From NCBI GenBank assembly GCA_964016885.1, contig OZ024740.1, positions 81,840,001-81,904,000 of the forward strand: a DNA stretch of 64,000 nt, in the 5' to 3' direction. This DNA comes from Eledone cirrhosa (Eukaryota). The translations under genes were made by a program, and so were the position numbers. Shown piece after piece: positions 1 through 11,300 of the stretch. The notes below the pieces were generated by a model, which worked only from the letters and a program-made list of their open reading frames with translations, did no database searches and was not told the DNA's origin. Position 1 is the stretch's first letter. Every line of letters starts with the position of its first letter.

Positions 1-645
1 TATATTTGTTCTACTTTTAGTTCCATATATTTGCTTTAGTTTGGAGTCTTAGTTTACCATAAATAAGAGTATTTTAAACGCACTCAGCATAAAGTTAAGA
101 TGGAAGAGAGAAGAGAGAAGGATGAAGCGAAGATGAAATCCAACTAGAAATAGATTTTCAAGGAGGAAGAGGGAAAATGTAAAATGGGAATAGAAAAAAT
201 AGGAAAAGAAATCTTCTTTGCAGTCATTTAAATTGCTGCAGCATAAACTGATAGCAAACGTTCAGCAAATAAGGAGATCGATTATACGCCTTCGTATTAA
301 GTGTATATTCTAATATTATTCAGAATTGTTATTGTTGTCATTGTCAACGTCGTCGCTGTTATTGATGTAATAGTTGTCGTCGTCTTCTTCATTGCTGTTT
401 TTGTTTTCGTCACCGCCATAGTTGTGGTTATTTTAGTTGTTGTTGATATCGTTGTTGCTGTATGTTGTAGTTGTTGGGATCATAGTAGTTGTTGTTAGAC
501 ACAAAATCGAGCTCTCATTATTCATTTATTATTTTACTAGTTTTTTTTTATATTAGATAGTGGCCAGGTTGGGCAGTGCTTTACATTGATTCAATCATAT
601 TGATCTTAGTAATTATTTTATTATGTCCGGTAATATATGCGAATA

Positions 646-814
<169 letters not shown>

Positions 815-821
815 ACTATAA

Positions 822-979
822 TTGTTTCTACTTTAGGCACAGCAATTACCCAGTGCATTACTGGTACTTTATTTTATCGACCCCGTAGCGATGAAAGGCA
901 AAGTCAACCTCGGCGGGATTTGAACTCAGATCGTAAAGGGACGTAACTATGCTGGAGAGCATGGTGTCCGACCCTCTAC
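822..979 (-). mobile_element. tRNA-derived SINE, family A
   Basis: The minus strand reads an A box TGGCAGTATCGG, a B box GAGTTCAAATCC, then GCCTTTCATC..GGGGTCGATAAAATAAAGTACCAG. About 10 related copies occur in the window. Confidence 0.85.
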
Positions 980-1265
980 CGATACTGCCAATCCACCAAG
1001 AAAGATAGTTTCAATTGTACATCCATATTTATTATGTTATAATTATTAAAAAGAATAATGCAGTTGTATAACAACTGCCATATGTGTTCTCTTCTGATCA
1101 AAATCAAAACATGTAAATGTTCATTGACATATCAATGGATATTTACATCTGGTTTGGATTTTTATCTTAAGAAAGCACGTAGAGCAGTAATTATACAACT
1201 GATTTACGTCTTTGAAATACGCATAACAAAATAAATAGGGAAGTACAAATGGAACCGTCTTTCTT
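978..1265. repeat. degenerate long palindrome
   Basis: Centre TGTAAATGTTCATTGA-cata-TCAATGGATATTTACA; outer pairs CAGTTGTATAA/TTATACAACTG and AAGAAAGA/TCTTTCTT. Confidence 0.7.
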
Positions 1266-1619
1266 GTTTATCATTATAATACAACTCAGGAGGTCCCAAA
1301 ACCAAGGAGTGCTTTACTTCTGTTAAGAAAAATTCGGCAGATTTTCGATCGACCAACTTTCTTCAATTGAATATATATATATATAAATATATATGTGAAT
1401 GTCTTCTTGTTTTTGAGTCCGTGTTCCTATATCTATATATAAAATACATATGTGAGTGTGTTTCTGTTTGTGAGGGCATGTGCGTATATATATATATATA
1501 TAGCTGTCAAAACGGCCGAAGCTCAGTCGTTGGGGGTCCTGATTCTTTTCCTATATATATATATATATAAAGAATGAATAATAACAGGTAGACATTATAA
1601 AAAGGTAATTTATTCTGTG

Positions 1620-1729
1620 TGCTTACAAATGTTTCCACGGTGGTTATACAGCCTAGTTATGCTATGTGCAAATTTATAACTATTTGCAAAACTCAATTAT
1701 CAAATGGTGACCACTGTATCATCAGAGCA
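1620..1729 (-). ncRNA. type I hammerhead ribozyme with long stem-II insert
   Basis: Minus strand: TGCT-CTGATGA-TACAGTGGT..~65 nt..ACCACCGTG-GAAA-CATTTG-TA-AGCA. The core is intact and the cleavage triplet is GUA. Confidence 0.7.
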
Positions 1730-2648
1730 GAATGGTTAAAATGTACAATGTAAATCCCCTTAAGTGAGGTTATTGGTGAAGATAGAGTAGAAAAGGAAGA
1801 GAGAAAAGAAGTGGAGAGGAAGAGTGAGAGAAAGATATGCAGGGGTTGAGAAATGGGAGAGAGTGGTTTGTAGATATCTTAATCAAAATGTTGTGGTAGG
1901 GGTTTTATTATACTAGTTACTCTTAAAGCGACCACCTTAAGCGATGGTGGTATTTAAGATAAAGTACAGAACCTAATATGCAGCATTGTGTGTGCCGACA
2001 TGTTCCATACGATATACATACTAATCAAAGGTACGATGCCAGATCCCATAGATCCGCACATGCATGTGGGTGAGTGCGGGCGTGCATGATTGTAAAAGTA
2101 GGTGTGTGGATATGTATGTATGTCTATATGTAAGTGTGGGTCTAAGCCTGGGCGGTTATGCGAGCATATGTGGGTGGGTGTAGACGCATGTATGCGTCTA
2201 AACGAACCCACGCATGGAAAGGAATCTATGTGCACGGCTGCGTGTGTATATACTTACGGGCGTGTGCAGGGATAGTCGGGACGTTCAAGAGTTCGAAATA
2301 GACGCATATATATATGTGTATATGTATGTACATGTATGCATGCATGTGTGTATGCATGGATGGGCATACATGTATGTGGCATGTATATATTTGTGTGTGG
2401 GAGCCTGTAGGCGTATGAGAGGGTATATAAGTGTGCGCACATGGGTATGTCTGTGTGTACATCTGTGGTTTGTATGTATGCACGGATGTATGCAGGTATG
2501 TACACCTAAACATGTGCAAGAGTGCCCGTAAGGACGTAGAAATACAGACATGCACAATTGCGAGTGTCTTCAATTATATATGCGTGTGCGTATGTCTCTA
2601 CATCCGTGTGTGTGTACACATGTATATATGGGTGCATATATGTATGTG

Positions 2649-2748
<100 letters not shown>

Positions 2749-2796
2749 ATGAATATAAAATGAAAGTGCTTTTTAAAAAAAAAGGAATTTATTAGG

Positions 2797-2914
2797 TATT
2801 GTCATATGTTTCTGTAACAGACGGAATACCTATGTATCGCTGCTTGCGTATTCATATAATGTTAGCAAGTATTCGATAGCAAATGTATAATCAGTTGTCA
2901 CTTCTTCAGAGATT
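2797..2914 (-). pseudogene. degenerate hammerhead with long stem-II insert
   Basis: Minus strand: CTGAAGA-AGTGACA..TGTTACA-GAAA-CATATG-AC. U16.1 is lost and stem I does not pair. Confidence 0.45.
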
Positions 2915-3276
2915 TTGTATAAATTGGAAAAAATCAGAAAATTTGAAGTATTTATATTAGTTGTAATAGAGGAAGAAGAGAGGGGATAGTATATGACAGA
3001 TGGTAATTTAATTTACTGCTAAACAAGTATATAAAGGGTTTTTAATGAGAATACAATGAGTAAATGGTTTATTTTATCTAAATAAGAATTTTTGGGAGTG
3101 CCTATTTTAATCTATACTTGACCAATTGAACAATGGACAGGGCAGGTCATTTGGTGTAGTAGTATTAATTATAAAGGGTCAATTAAGGAAGGGGGAGATT
3201 TCGACTTCTACTGAACAACATCAATGCCAGCTGGTATTTGCATTAGGGAATTGAATTAAGAAATTTCATTTTACTA

Positions 3277-4258
<982 letters not shown>

Positions 4259-4463
4259 ATACTTGGGGAGGGTCCTATTTGTGTAATATTGTCAGAATTA
4301 ATAACAGAACACACTCACTGCTTGGTTGGTTTTCGCTTCTCGCTGTCTTTTATATCTGTAATCTAACTTACTCGGTCCTCAATGTTGCCATTGACTGACC
4401 GACGGTCAAAAATAATACAGATACAATATAGACACAAACACATATATATAGTTTAAATAATTT

Positions 4464-4504
4464 ACATAAATCTTTCGTTGCACATCTGCAACATCGTCAG
4501 TGGT
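4464..4504 (-). ncRNA. minimal hammerhead in the PLE 3' region (degenerate)
   Basis: Minus strand: CCA-CTGACGA-T-GTTGCA-GATG-TGCAAC-GAAA-GATTTA-TG. Same strand as the ORF, ~270 nt past the stop; stems I and III are weak. Confidence 0.65.
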
Positions 4505-4770
4505 GTTATATTCATTGTTCCTCCTGTTGTGTTGTATGTCTACGCAATTTTTTATTCAGTCTGTCTATATATTTATTTATTTATTTGCTTGTTTGTTTAT
4601 TTTATTTATTTTGTCTTCTTTGCGCATGCGATTGCGTGTGTGTATAGTGTTATGTTTGCTGTGTGACTAGTGTGTATAGTGTTATGTTTGCTGGGTGAAT
4701 AGTGTGTGTTTATGTGCTTGTTGTTATTGTGCTTGTGTATGTATTTATTTATCTTATGTTATTTACTTAT

Positions 4771-6762
4771 TTATACTTCTCTTAGGTCAGTGTTGTTTGT
4801 TTGGGTGTTGTTGTTACTCCACTCATTCTTTCTGTTTAGCTTTGGTCTTCTAATTTCTATTTCACTGGCCTCTTTGATTTGCCTATCTGCTGGGTCATTT
4901 CTATGTTTAGATATTATTCTAATTTCTATGTTGTCTATGTTACCGTCATGTTGTTGTCTAGCATGTTCGTATAGTACACCCCCGTTTTTTCGTCCTTTTA
5001 GTTCCCCCCAGTGTTGGTCTATCCTTTCACCTATGCTACGAGCTGTCTCACCTATGTATGTTGTTGTCATGTTTCTGCAAGTACCCTCTGTACATCTTAT
5101 GCTATAGAATACGTTTCTAGTTTTACAGTTTATCCGGGGGATCACCTTACATATGATACATTTCCTATTGGTACAGTGGGTTTTCTTAAAAGGGTAGGTT
5201 TTGCTGATCAGGGATTTTATGGTGGTTCCTGGCTTCTCTACCATCTTTATTTTTAAGTGGGTCTTTCTCAGGGCCTTTCTACACTGGTTAGCTAATTTCC
5301 CTCCAGGGGTGGCGTCCACAAACATAACACTCTGGTATCTCTGGTTGTCGTACCATGATGTGGCTTTCCCTATCTTATGTCTAGCCCTATCTAAGCTATT
5401 CCATGATTTGCTCCTGTATAATGGGCAAATTCCTTTCATGTCCAGTTCTATGAGGGTATTATACTTTTCCATGGCTCCTTCGTATACTCTGACTCTGTCT
5501 CTTTTGTTGTAGCCTGAGAACTGCATGCGGTTGATGAAGTGTTGGATGTGTCTTTCCATTTCTGTTGGGTCGCACATGCTGGACACATTCTTCATCACTC
5601 GTACCAAATCTGCGATCAGAATATTAAACTTAGCACTACTGGACATTGCTGAGTTTTTGAGTATCAGGTATTTGGAGGCCATGGGTTTAGCATAGTGTGA
5701 GTGGAGAATTTGGGCTCTCTCGTCTATAGTGTTAATCCAGAGTTCTGTGTCTAATACAGGTAGTCTATTGTTAGGGTGTTTGGAAGGGAAGTCTATAGTT
5801 ACAGTTATACTCTGGTGTATGGAATTAGCTATCTGCTGGATGCTTTCCATCGTGCTACGTTCTAAATCAAACTTGTTAGTGCTCTCTAGTGGGGGTGTTC
5901 TTATAACTATATTGATATCGTCTACATAACGAGAGTACATGATGAGGTCTATGGAGCTTTCATTAAGGAGATCTTTAAGTCTCCTTTCCCACCATACCAT
6001 GAAAAGGTTGGCAACATCACCAGCTATGCTGACGCCGATGGCTGCTCCCTCATTTTGGGTGTAGATTTTCTCATTGAACTTAAATATGCGGCCCTTTAGG
6101 GTAGTTTTGATACTAGCCCCTATTGCATGTGCGACCATTTTTCTTACCTGATCATTGTTTGGGGGGGTCCGTATAGCTTTGGTCCACCCAATCCACCTTC
6201 CCATGGGAGTCTTTTTTGCCATTGAGGTTATGGTGGTGTGTCTACCTCTTATAGGTCTACTAGGGCAGAAACATCTAAGGTCATGGCTGTCTAGGTAGTC
6301 AGTGTCGTAGGTAAGTCTAAGTAGGAGGCCCAGTTCGTCTGTGTCGACGTTGCAGAACTCCACCTCACTCTCAATGATCATCTCCACACATCTTTTCACA
6401 GCAAAATCAATGTTAATGGATGGGTACAGTGACACCACATCCATGCTGCCTATTATGCAGTTTGATAGGCTCCTGTTTTTGTGGCACTCACTGATTCTGC
6501 TGAGGAGGTCCTCTGTACTGTCACATACATCTGGGGACATCTTGATTATGGGGCGTATAACCATTGAGAGGAAGTAGGAGATCCTGTAGTTGCTAGCTAT
6601 ATTAGCTCCGCATACGGGTCTTGTTGGTGGTCCTGTTGTCGGGTTTTCGACTGTCTTGTGGTCTTTGCGGAGCCCATAAAAGGGTGGTATGCCATTGTTA
6701 GACGCCAGGAAGTTGTTGGCCGTGCGTCTGCTTGGCTTTAGGATGTCAGTCCACATCATCAT
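4771..6762 (-). CDS. PLE reverse transcriptase + GIY-YIG endonuclease (663 aa, N-terminally truncated)
   Basis: RT motifs FYGLRKDHK, RPVC, MDVVSLYPSI, GAAIG, RYVDD and LPVLD; Cys-rich linker CTNRKCIIC..C; nuclease motif VFYSIRC..YIGETARS..R...H and IKEA..RPKLN. Confidence 0.93.
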   Translation of the reverse strand: MMMWTDILKPSRRTANNFLASNNGIPPFYGLRKDHKTVENPTTGPPTRPVCGANIASNYRISYFLSMVIRPIIKMSPDVCDSTEDLLSRISECHKNRSLSNCIIGSMDVVSLYPSINIDFAVKRCVEMIIESEVEFCNVDTDELGLLLRLTYDTDYLDSHDLRCFCPSRPIRGRHTTITSMAKKTPMGRWIGWTKAIRTPPNNDQVRKMVAHAIGASIKTTLKGRIFKFNEKIYTQNEGAAIGVSIAGDVANLFMVWWERRLKDLLNESSIDLIMYSRYVDDINIVIRTPPLESTNKFDLERSTMESIQQIANSIHQSITVTIDFPSKHPNNRLPVLDTELWINTIDERAQILHSHYAKPMASKYLILKNSAMSSSAKFNILIADLVRVMKNVSSMCDPTEMERHIQHFINRMQFSGYNKRDRVRVYEGAMEKYNTLIELDMKGICPLYRSKSWNSLDRARHKIGKATSWYDNQRYQSVMFVDATPGGKLANQCRKALRKTHLKIKMVEKPGTTIKSLISKTYPFKKTHCTNRKCIICKVIPRINCKTRNVFYSIRCTEGTCRNMTTTYIGETARSIGERIDQHWGELKGRKNGGVLYEHARQQHDGNIDNIEIRIISKHRNDPADRQIKEASEIEIRRPKLNRKNEWSNNNTQTNNTDLREV

Positions 6763-6817
6763 GTGAGCGTTGAGGATTTTTTGTCTCCCATCGTGTGTTT
6801 GTTGTGCAACTTCTCTC

Positions 6818-6871
<54 letters not shown>

Positions 6872-6878
<7 letters not shown>

Positions 6879-7891
6879 CAAATAACGAAACGAAATTAAA
6901 TTTCGTTTCGTTTGCAAGTCACTTTTGTATGACTGACGCTTAAACAATTAAGTTAAAAATCTACATCCACATATGTATACTGAAATACTAGTATGCATAT
7001 GATTACACACACGTATACATATGTAGATGTACCGAGTTTTTCACTGGTCACTTTACTGTGAGTGTCCAGCTATTCTGTATGTAAACACACAGACAAACCG
7101 GTTTTTAGAGTCATACTGGTTTTTGAGGAAACACCTTTCCTCTATTCTCCAGAAAGCCAGACAAGGAATATTGAACTAGTTTCGATGTTGTTACATCTCA
7201 TCAGCAATATTTACCTATCTTCCGGCCTCTCTAGAGAATCGTAAAAGCACATATCGTTATATGCTTTTTCTATGAAAATTAGTAGTGGGCAGACTAATTT
7301 GCATAGAGCGTGAGTAGTACCGGTTCAACGGAGACGATAAAAACAAATAACGAAACGAAATTAAATTTCGTTTCGTTTGCAACTCACTTTTGTATCACTG
7401 ACGCATAAACAAGTTAAGTTAAAAATGTACATCCACATATGTATACTGAAATACTAGTATGCATATGATTACACACACGTATACATATGTAGATGTACCG
7501 AGTTTTTCACTGGTCACTTTACTGTGAGTGTCCAGCTATTCTGTATGTAAACACACAGACAAACCGGTTTTTAGAGTCATACTGGTTTTTGAGGAAACAC
7601 CTTTCCTCTATTCTCCAGAAAGCCAGACAAGGAATATTGAACTAGTTTCGATGTTGTTACATCTCATCAGCAATATTTACCTATCTTCTGGCCTCTCTAG
7701 AGAATCGTAAAAGCACATATCGTTATATGCTTTTTCTATGAAAATTAGTAGTGGGCAGACTAATTTGCATAGAGCGTGAGTACGTACCGGTTCAACGGAG
7801 ACGATAAAAACAAATAACGAAACGAAATTAAATTTCGTTTCGTTTGCAACTCACTTTTGTATGACTGACGCTTAAACAATTAAGTTAAAAA
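6872..7891 (-). repeat. inverted block of ~2.2 monomers of the 466-bp unit (hammerheads at 7167-7211 and 7633-7677)
   Basis: Reverse complement of the main array. It starts at the (TA)n tract and flips orientation at the A-run 7887-7892. Confidence 0.95.
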
Positions 7892-8173
7892 ACCAGTATG
7901 ACTCTAAAAACCGGTTTGTCTGTGTGTTTACATACAGAATAGCTGGACACTCACAGTAAAGTGACCAGTGAAAAACTCGGTACATCTACATATGTATACG
8001 TGTGTGTAATCATATGCATACTAGTATTTCAGTATACATATGTGGATGTACATTTTTAACTTGATTGTTTAAGCGTCAGTCATACAAAAGTGAGTTGCAA
8101 ACGAAACGAAATTTAATTTCGTTTCGTTATTTGTTTTTATCGTCTCCGTTGAACCGGTACGTACTCACGCTCT

Positions 8174-8221
8174 ATGCAAATTAGTCTGCCCACTACTAAT
8201 TTTCATAGAAAAAGCATATAA
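8174..8221 (+). promoter_or_regulatory. possible octamer + TATA module (in every unit); alternatively RNA hairpins
   Basis: ATGCAAAT at 8174-8181, TAATTTTCATA at 8197-8207 and TATAA at 8217-8221. The same motifs and spacing occur at 3784-3831. Confidence 0.3.
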
Positions 8222-8238
8222 CGATATGTGCTTTTACG

Positions 8239-8337
8239 ATTCTCTAGAGAGGCCGGAAGATAGGTAAATATTGCTGATGAGATGTAACAACATCGAAACT
8301 AGTTCAATATTCCTTGTCTGGCTTTCTTCTGGAGAAT
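8239..8337 (+). ncRNA. type I hammerhead ribozyme (first + strand copy, representative of 70)
   Basis: Stem I AATATTG (8267-8273)/CAATATT (8305-8311); CTGATGA 8274-8280; stem II GATG-TAACAA-CATC; GAAA 8295-8298; palindromic ACTAGT; GUU triplet with predicted cut after 8304. Stem I extends through AGG/CCT, AGGCCGGA/TCTGGCTT and ATTCTCTAGA/TCTGGAGAAT. Confidence 0.93.
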
Positions 8338-11300
8338 AGAGGAAAGGTGTTTCCTCAAAAACCAGTATGACTCTAAAAACCGGTTTGTCTGTGTGTTTAC
8401 ATACAGAATAGCTGGACACTCACAGTAAAGTGACCAGTGAAAAACTCGGTACATCTACATATGTATACGTGTGTGTAATCATATGCATACTAGTATTTCA
8501 GTATACATATGTGGATGTACATTTTTAACTTAATTGTTTAAGCGTCAGTCATACAAAAGTGAGTTGCAAACGAAACGAAATTTAATTTCGTTTCGTTATT
8601 TGTTTTTATCGTCTCCGTTGAACCGGTACGTACTCACGCTCTATGCAAATTAGTCTGCCCACTACTAATTTTCATAGAAAAAGCATATAACGATATGTGC
8701 TTTTACGATTCTCTAGAGAGGCCGGAAGATAGGTAAATATTGCTGATGAGATGTAACAACATCGAAACTAGTTCAATATTCCTTGTCTGGCTTTCTTCTG
8801 GAGAATAGAGGAAAGGTGGTTCCTCAAAAACCAGTATGACTCTAAAAACCGGTTTGTCTGTGTGTTTACATACAGAATAGCTGGACACTCACAGTAAAGT
8901 GACCAGTGAAAAACTCGGTACATCTACATATGTATACGTGTGTGTAATCATATGCATACTAGTATTTCAGTATACATATGTGGATGTACATTTTTAACTT
9001 AATTGTTTAAGCGTCAGTCATACAAAAGTGAGTTGCAAACGAAACGAAATTTAATTTCGTTTCGTTATTTGTTTTTATCGTCTCCGTTGAACCGGTACGT
9101 ACTCACGCTCTATGCAAATTAGTCTGCCAACTACTAATTTTCATAGAAAAAGCATATAACGATATGTGCTTTTACGATTCTCTAGAGAGGCCGGAAGATA
9201 GGTAAATATTGCTGATGAGATGTAACAACATCGAAACTAGTTCAATATTCCTCGTCTGGCTTTCTGTAGAATAGAGGAAAGGTGTTTCCTCAAAAACCAG
9301 TATGAATCTAAAAACCGGTTTGTCTGTGTGTTTACATACAGAATAACTGGACACTCACAGTAAAGTGACCAGTGAAAAACTCGGTACATCTACATATGTA
9401 TACGTGTGTGTATTCATATGCATACTAGTATTTCAGTATACATATGTGGATGTACATTTTTAACTTAATTGTTTAAGCGTCAGTCATACAAAAGTGAGTT
9501 GCAAACGAAACGAAATTTAATTTCGTTTCGTTATTTGTTTTTATCGTCTCCGTTGAACCGGTACGTACTCACGCTCTATGCAAATTAGTCTGCCCACTAC
9601 TAATTTTCATAGAAAAAGCATATAACGATATGTGCTTTTACGATTCTCTAAAGAGGCCGGAAGATAGGTAAATATTGCTGATGAGATGTAACAACATCGA
9701 AACTATTTCAATATTCCTTGTCTGGCTTTCTGTAAAATAGAGGAAAGCTGTTTCCTCAAAAACCATTATGACTCTAAAAACCGGTTTGTCTGTGTGTTTA
9801 CATACAGAATAGCTGGACACTCACAGTAAAGTGACCAGTGAAAAACTCGGTACATCTACATATGTATACGTGTGTGTAATCATATGCATACTAGTATTTC
9901 AGTATACATATGTGGATGTACATTTTTAACTTAATTGTTTAAGCGTCAGTCATACAAAAGTGAGTTGCAAACGAAACGAAATTTAATTTCGTTTCGTTAT
10001 TTGTTTTTATCGTCTCCGTTGAACCGGTACGTACTCCCGCTCTATGCAAATTAGTCTGCCCACTACTAATTTTCATAGAAAAAGCATATAACGATATGTG
10101 CTTTTACGATTCTCTAGAGAGGCCGGAAGATAGGTAAATATTGCTGATGAGATGTAACAACATCGAAACTAGTTCCATATTCCTTGTCTGGCCTTCTTCT
10201 GGAGAATAGAGGAAAGGTGTTTCCTCAAAAACCAGTATGACTCTAAAAACCGGTTTGTCTGTGTGTTTACATACAGAATAGCTGGACACTCACAGTAAAG
10301 TGACCAGTGAAAAACTCGGTACATCTACATATGTATACGTGTGTGTAATCATATGCATACTAGTATTTCAGTATACATATGTGGATGTACATTTTTAACT
10401 TAATTGTTTAAGCGTCAGTCATACAAAAGTGAGTTGCAAACGAAACGAAATTTAATTTCGTTTCGTTATTTGTTTTTATCGTCTCCGTTGAACCGGTACG
10501 TACTCACGCTCTATGCAAATTAGTCTGCCCACTACTAATTTTCATAGAAAAAGCATATAACGATATGTGCTTTTACGATTCTCTAGAGAGGCCGGAAGAT
10601 AGGTAAATATTGCTGATGAGATGTAACAACATCGAAACTAGTTCAATATTCCTTGTCTGGCTTTCTGGAGAATAGAGGAAAGGTGTTTCCTCAAAAACCA
10701 GTATGACTCTAAAAACCGGTTTGTCTGTGTGTTTACATACAGAATAGCTGGACACTCACAGTAAAGTGACCAGTGAAAAACTCGGTACATCTACATATGT
10801 ATACGTGTGTGTAATCATATGCATACTAGTATTTCAGTATACATATGTGGATGTACATTTTTAACTTAATTGTTTAAGCGTCAGTCATACAAAAGTGAGT
10901 TGCAAACGAAACGAAATTTAATTTCGTTTCGTTATTTGTTTTTATCGTCTCCGTTGAACCGGTACGTACTCACGCTCTATGCAAATTAGTCTGCCCACTA
11001 CTAATTTTCATAGAAAAAGCATATAACGATATGTGCTTTTACGATTCTCTAGAGAGGCCGGAAGATAGGTAAATATTGCTGATGAGATGTAAAAACATCG
11101 AAACTAGTTCAATATTCCTTGTCTGGCTTTCTGTAGAATAGAGGAACGGTGTTTCCTCAAAAACCAGTATGACTCTAAAAACCGGTTTGTCTGTGTGTTT
11201 ACATACAGAATAGCTGGACACTCACAGTAAAGTGACCAGTGAAAAACTCGGTACATCTACATATGTATACGTGTGTGTAATCATATGCATACTAGTATTT

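Noticed and set aside
4706-6577. Short + strand ORFs over the PLE
   Set aside because: They are antisense shadows of the RT/GIY-YIG ORF.
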